Source: Monocercomonoides exilis PA203 (lineage: Eukaryota; Protista; Preaxostyla). From it: DNA of 64,000 nt. Numbering within the stretch: the stretch's first letter is position 1; each line of letters starts with the position of its first letter. A model generated the notes under the pieces. That model was not told the origin of the DNA. It ran no database searches and saw only the letters and a program-made list of their open reading frames with translations. Location of the stretch: contig LSRY02000005.1 of the NCBI GenBank assembly GCA_001643675.2, forward strand, positions 1,612,001-1,676,000. Reading direction: 5' to 3'. Positions 61,218 through 64,000 of this stretch are shown here, in pieces. A program made the position numbers and the translations under genes.

Positions 61218-63806
61218 ATGCAAAACTTTATGGACATAAACTCAAAACTGTTAAGAAAAAATCCTGCATTAATGGTTAATGAAGATCCAGAAATTGAAGA
61301 GATGTTTGTTCAAGAAGAACAGAAACGGAGAATAAGAAAAGAAATGATGAAAAAGAAGACAATCGGTGAAAGAATAAAAGGATATCAGAAACCATTATAT
61401 AATTACAAGAAAGTGTCTCGAGAATTCAAGAACAAAACTGCTGATGAAACAGTTAATGAAACAGGACAGAACACTGGACATTATATTGATATTAGCAAAA
61501 TTGATAATCTTGCTGTTGTCGATATCGACATCAATAAAGCAGTTGACGAAGAAAGAAAAGAGAGAATCAGACAATCAATTCTTTTGAGATTGCCAGAAAA
61601 TGTCGGATTAGTGCAGACAGGAAATGGTGGATTGCACATATACTGTGACAGAGATGAATATCCATTAAAGACTGATTCACAAACAAAAGCATATAAGTGT
61701 TCTGATTATGATATTGATGTGTTTGCTTGTGTTAATGGAAATCGACGGTGTCTTGTTCAAGCTGATACAGAAATAATAAAGTACACAGAAGAAGAGAACA
61801 AGTATGCAACAATATATATTCCTGAGAAATTGATAAAGAAAGCAGAAGAAGAGAGTGATTTTACTGGTCGATATGATGATTCTGCAATCAATCAATTCAT
61901 CGAACAAGCTGAGACCAGAATACGTGAAAGAGTCAAAGGAGATTCTAAAGTGATAAAAAAATATATTGACTTGAATAACTACCTTGCTAAATCGAATCTT
62001 TCATCGTTGGAAGACATTCTGAATATATTTGGTATTGATATTCGATATGATTCATCAAATGACGATACAAACATACATCTAACAGCTGATGGACTATGCT
62101 CAATGCCGAAAGAGTTTGCTGAAGTGCTTGTTTGTGGACTAACAAATGTTACAATACATAGTTATTGTCATTTCAGTATCGATAGAGAATTATCGTTGTT
62201 CCCGTTGTTTTGTGCCATTAACAGTCTCATTAATATTGAATCAGTACAAGATGAAGACATCGATGCATACTATCAAGAGATAAAAAGCAATAATATATTA
62301 ACAGCTAATGCTGATATGAATTGGGATCGAACACGAGAGAAATGTTCGAATAAGAAATCAACACCTTATGCTTTACAGAAGATCGTCAAGATCTGGTGTC
62401 CAGAATTTTATCAAAACACTGTTGTTCCTGAGATTAGGAAAATGAAACTAATGAAAACTCCAATTATAAAAGAAGTTATTGAATATGAGAAATGCACAGA
62501 AACATATAACTATTTAATTAGGAATGTAACGAAGATGTCAATACAAGATATAAAACAACATCTATTACGAACATTTGCAAAACTTGTCAAAGGAACTGAC
62601 GTTATTGCTCGAATGGAAACCAATATTTATTTCGTAAGAGATGCTGAATGGTTTGAGAATCAATTGAAACGTTTTATCATTCCATACGGTGTATCAACTA
62701 TCACATTAAAACAATTATTCGTCGAGCAATTCAAAAACTTCACTGTATATGATGAGGTTGCTCCTGTCTCAGATTTACCAAACATTTTCAACACATTCAG
62801 AATGAGAGATCCAACAGTATATCTGAATAATGAAGTCAAAACGATGATTGATTTTCTGAAAACTACATATGCTGATGAAGTTGCTTTCTATTTCGATCTT
62901 GGACGAGATCAATGGAGATTTAGAAACAATTATAAGTGAACAAAAATATCATTGGGATATTATGGTGAAAAGGGTGGAGAAGGAAAAGGTTTTCTTACTA
63001 CATTAAGGACAAAAGTGTACGGCAATGAATTCTCATCTGTTAATGTTAGATTCAGTCAATTAGGAAAAGAGCAAACAAAATCTCTTCTTGCAAATAAATT
63101 ACAGATTCAATTCGACGAGCTTCCACGTATAAAGGATGGAAAAGTTGTTGTTGAAGACTTCAAAATCCTTGATAATGACATGCTGTCAACAAGATCGATG
63201 GCAAGAGATGATGAAAACATAACTCTCTATTTCGATTGTGATTTCTCAACTAATAATTCATCATTTGCTGGGATATATAGTGATGAAGCAGTGCGAAGAC
63301 GTTTGTATCCCATCGAAAGAATACTTTCGACAAGAGAAGATGCGGTGGAGATGTGGAAACAATTGTGGAGTTGGATTAAGAATGAAGATTTCATCCACTC
63401 TTATATCAAATACATAAGAGAATCAGAAGATATTGAAAAGAATACAACATTCAAACCATATACCAAATTCACAATGCCAGTTTTCTTTAACAGAATACAA
63501 CAATCATATGAAGACTCTTTCGATATATGGTTAGAAGAATTCACTGAAGAACAATATAATAAAAATCTTTCCTATGAAAGAAAAGCAGATGGTATCAAGG
63601 GATTTAATGCAATTGATTTATTCAAGAACTACACAAAATATTGTTCTCTGAACAAACTTCCATCGACAATGAACAAAATTGGAACATTTAATGAAAGACT
63701 CAAAAGAATTTACGAGTATGACATCAATACAATAATGTGTTCAGATGGAGTCAAACGAAGATTAACATATATTGTCATGAAAGAAGATGAAAACATTAAT
63801 CAATAA
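61218..63806 (+). CDS. Prim-pol (AEP) plus SF3/D5-like helicase, interrupted by one in-frame TGA (62937-62939)
   Basis: Prim-pol motifs LAVVDID and VQTGNGGLHIY. The same frame continues NNYK*TKISLGYYGEKGGEGKG (Walker A), IQFDE (B), FSTNN (C) and AVRRR (Arg finger). Confidence 0.88.
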
Positions 63807-63817
63807 AACATCAGTGT

Positions 63818-64000
63818 CCAATATGTCCGTATGGCCGCTATTTTTAGAGATAACGATTTGATAACTTGCTCCGCTCCACTTGCTCCGGTCTTATACAGTT
63901 TTTAATGCAAGATTGATCAATATTGAGACTGAAATCAGTACTTCTTATATATAAAATCGACATGGAGCAAGCTGGAGCAAGACAGATAAAGTCACTTGCT
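63818..64000 (-). repeat. Inverted repeat right of the primase-helicase gene (truncated by the window end)
   Basis: Exact reverse complement of 60962-61144. It begins 12 bp after the helicase stop. Confidence 0.97.

Larger units (their letters stand above)
53792..64000. mobile_element. Endogenous Polinton-like / Maverick-related dsDNA virus (continues past the window)
   Basis: Abrupt switch to intronless, tightly packed, low-repeat ORFs: packaging ATPase, capsid-sized genes, KilA-N proteins and a prim-pol/SF3 helicase. No pPolB or integrase is visible in the window. The left boundary is uncertain (52950-53790). Confidence 0.85.

Noticed and set aside
62937-62939. Genome-wide stop-codon reassignment as the explanation for the in-frame TGA
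   Set aside because: Intact genes in the window end in TGA or TAA, and long ORFs read normally in the standard code.
1-64000. CRISPR array or rRNA genes
   Set aside because: No regularly spaced repeat-spacer array or rRNA-like sequence was seen.

Overview
AT-rich eukaryotic DNA with short spliceosomal introns, a standard genetic code and Ser/Glu low-complexity proteins. The gene families resemble those of an oxymonad such as Monocercomonoides (inference). Host genes are a coiled-coil protein, a WD40 (DCAF8-like) protein ending in CaaX, a legumain, and a 2670-aa beta-helix surface protein with a kinase-like remnant, among many decayed gene fragments. Two mobile systems stand out. (1) A ~6 kb long-TIR element (~20.5-26.5 kb) has an intact 3-exon gene encoding a Sola-like DDD transposase with a catalytically complete USP (peptidase C19) domain inserted into it, followed directly by a compact, doubly pseudoknotted candidate RNA. 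(2) An endogenous Polinton-like DNA virus (53.8 kb to the window end) encodes an A32-like packaging ATPase, probable major and minor capsid proteins, a protein VI-like amphipathic protein, two KilA-N proteins and a prim-pol/SF3 helicase gene. That last gene is enclosed by perfect >=183-bp inverted repeats carrying GGAGCAAG iteron-like motifs and has one in-frame TGA. Two decayed pogo-like transposons and a 3-kb inverted duplication are also present. All family assignments come from motifs read by eye; no searches were run.
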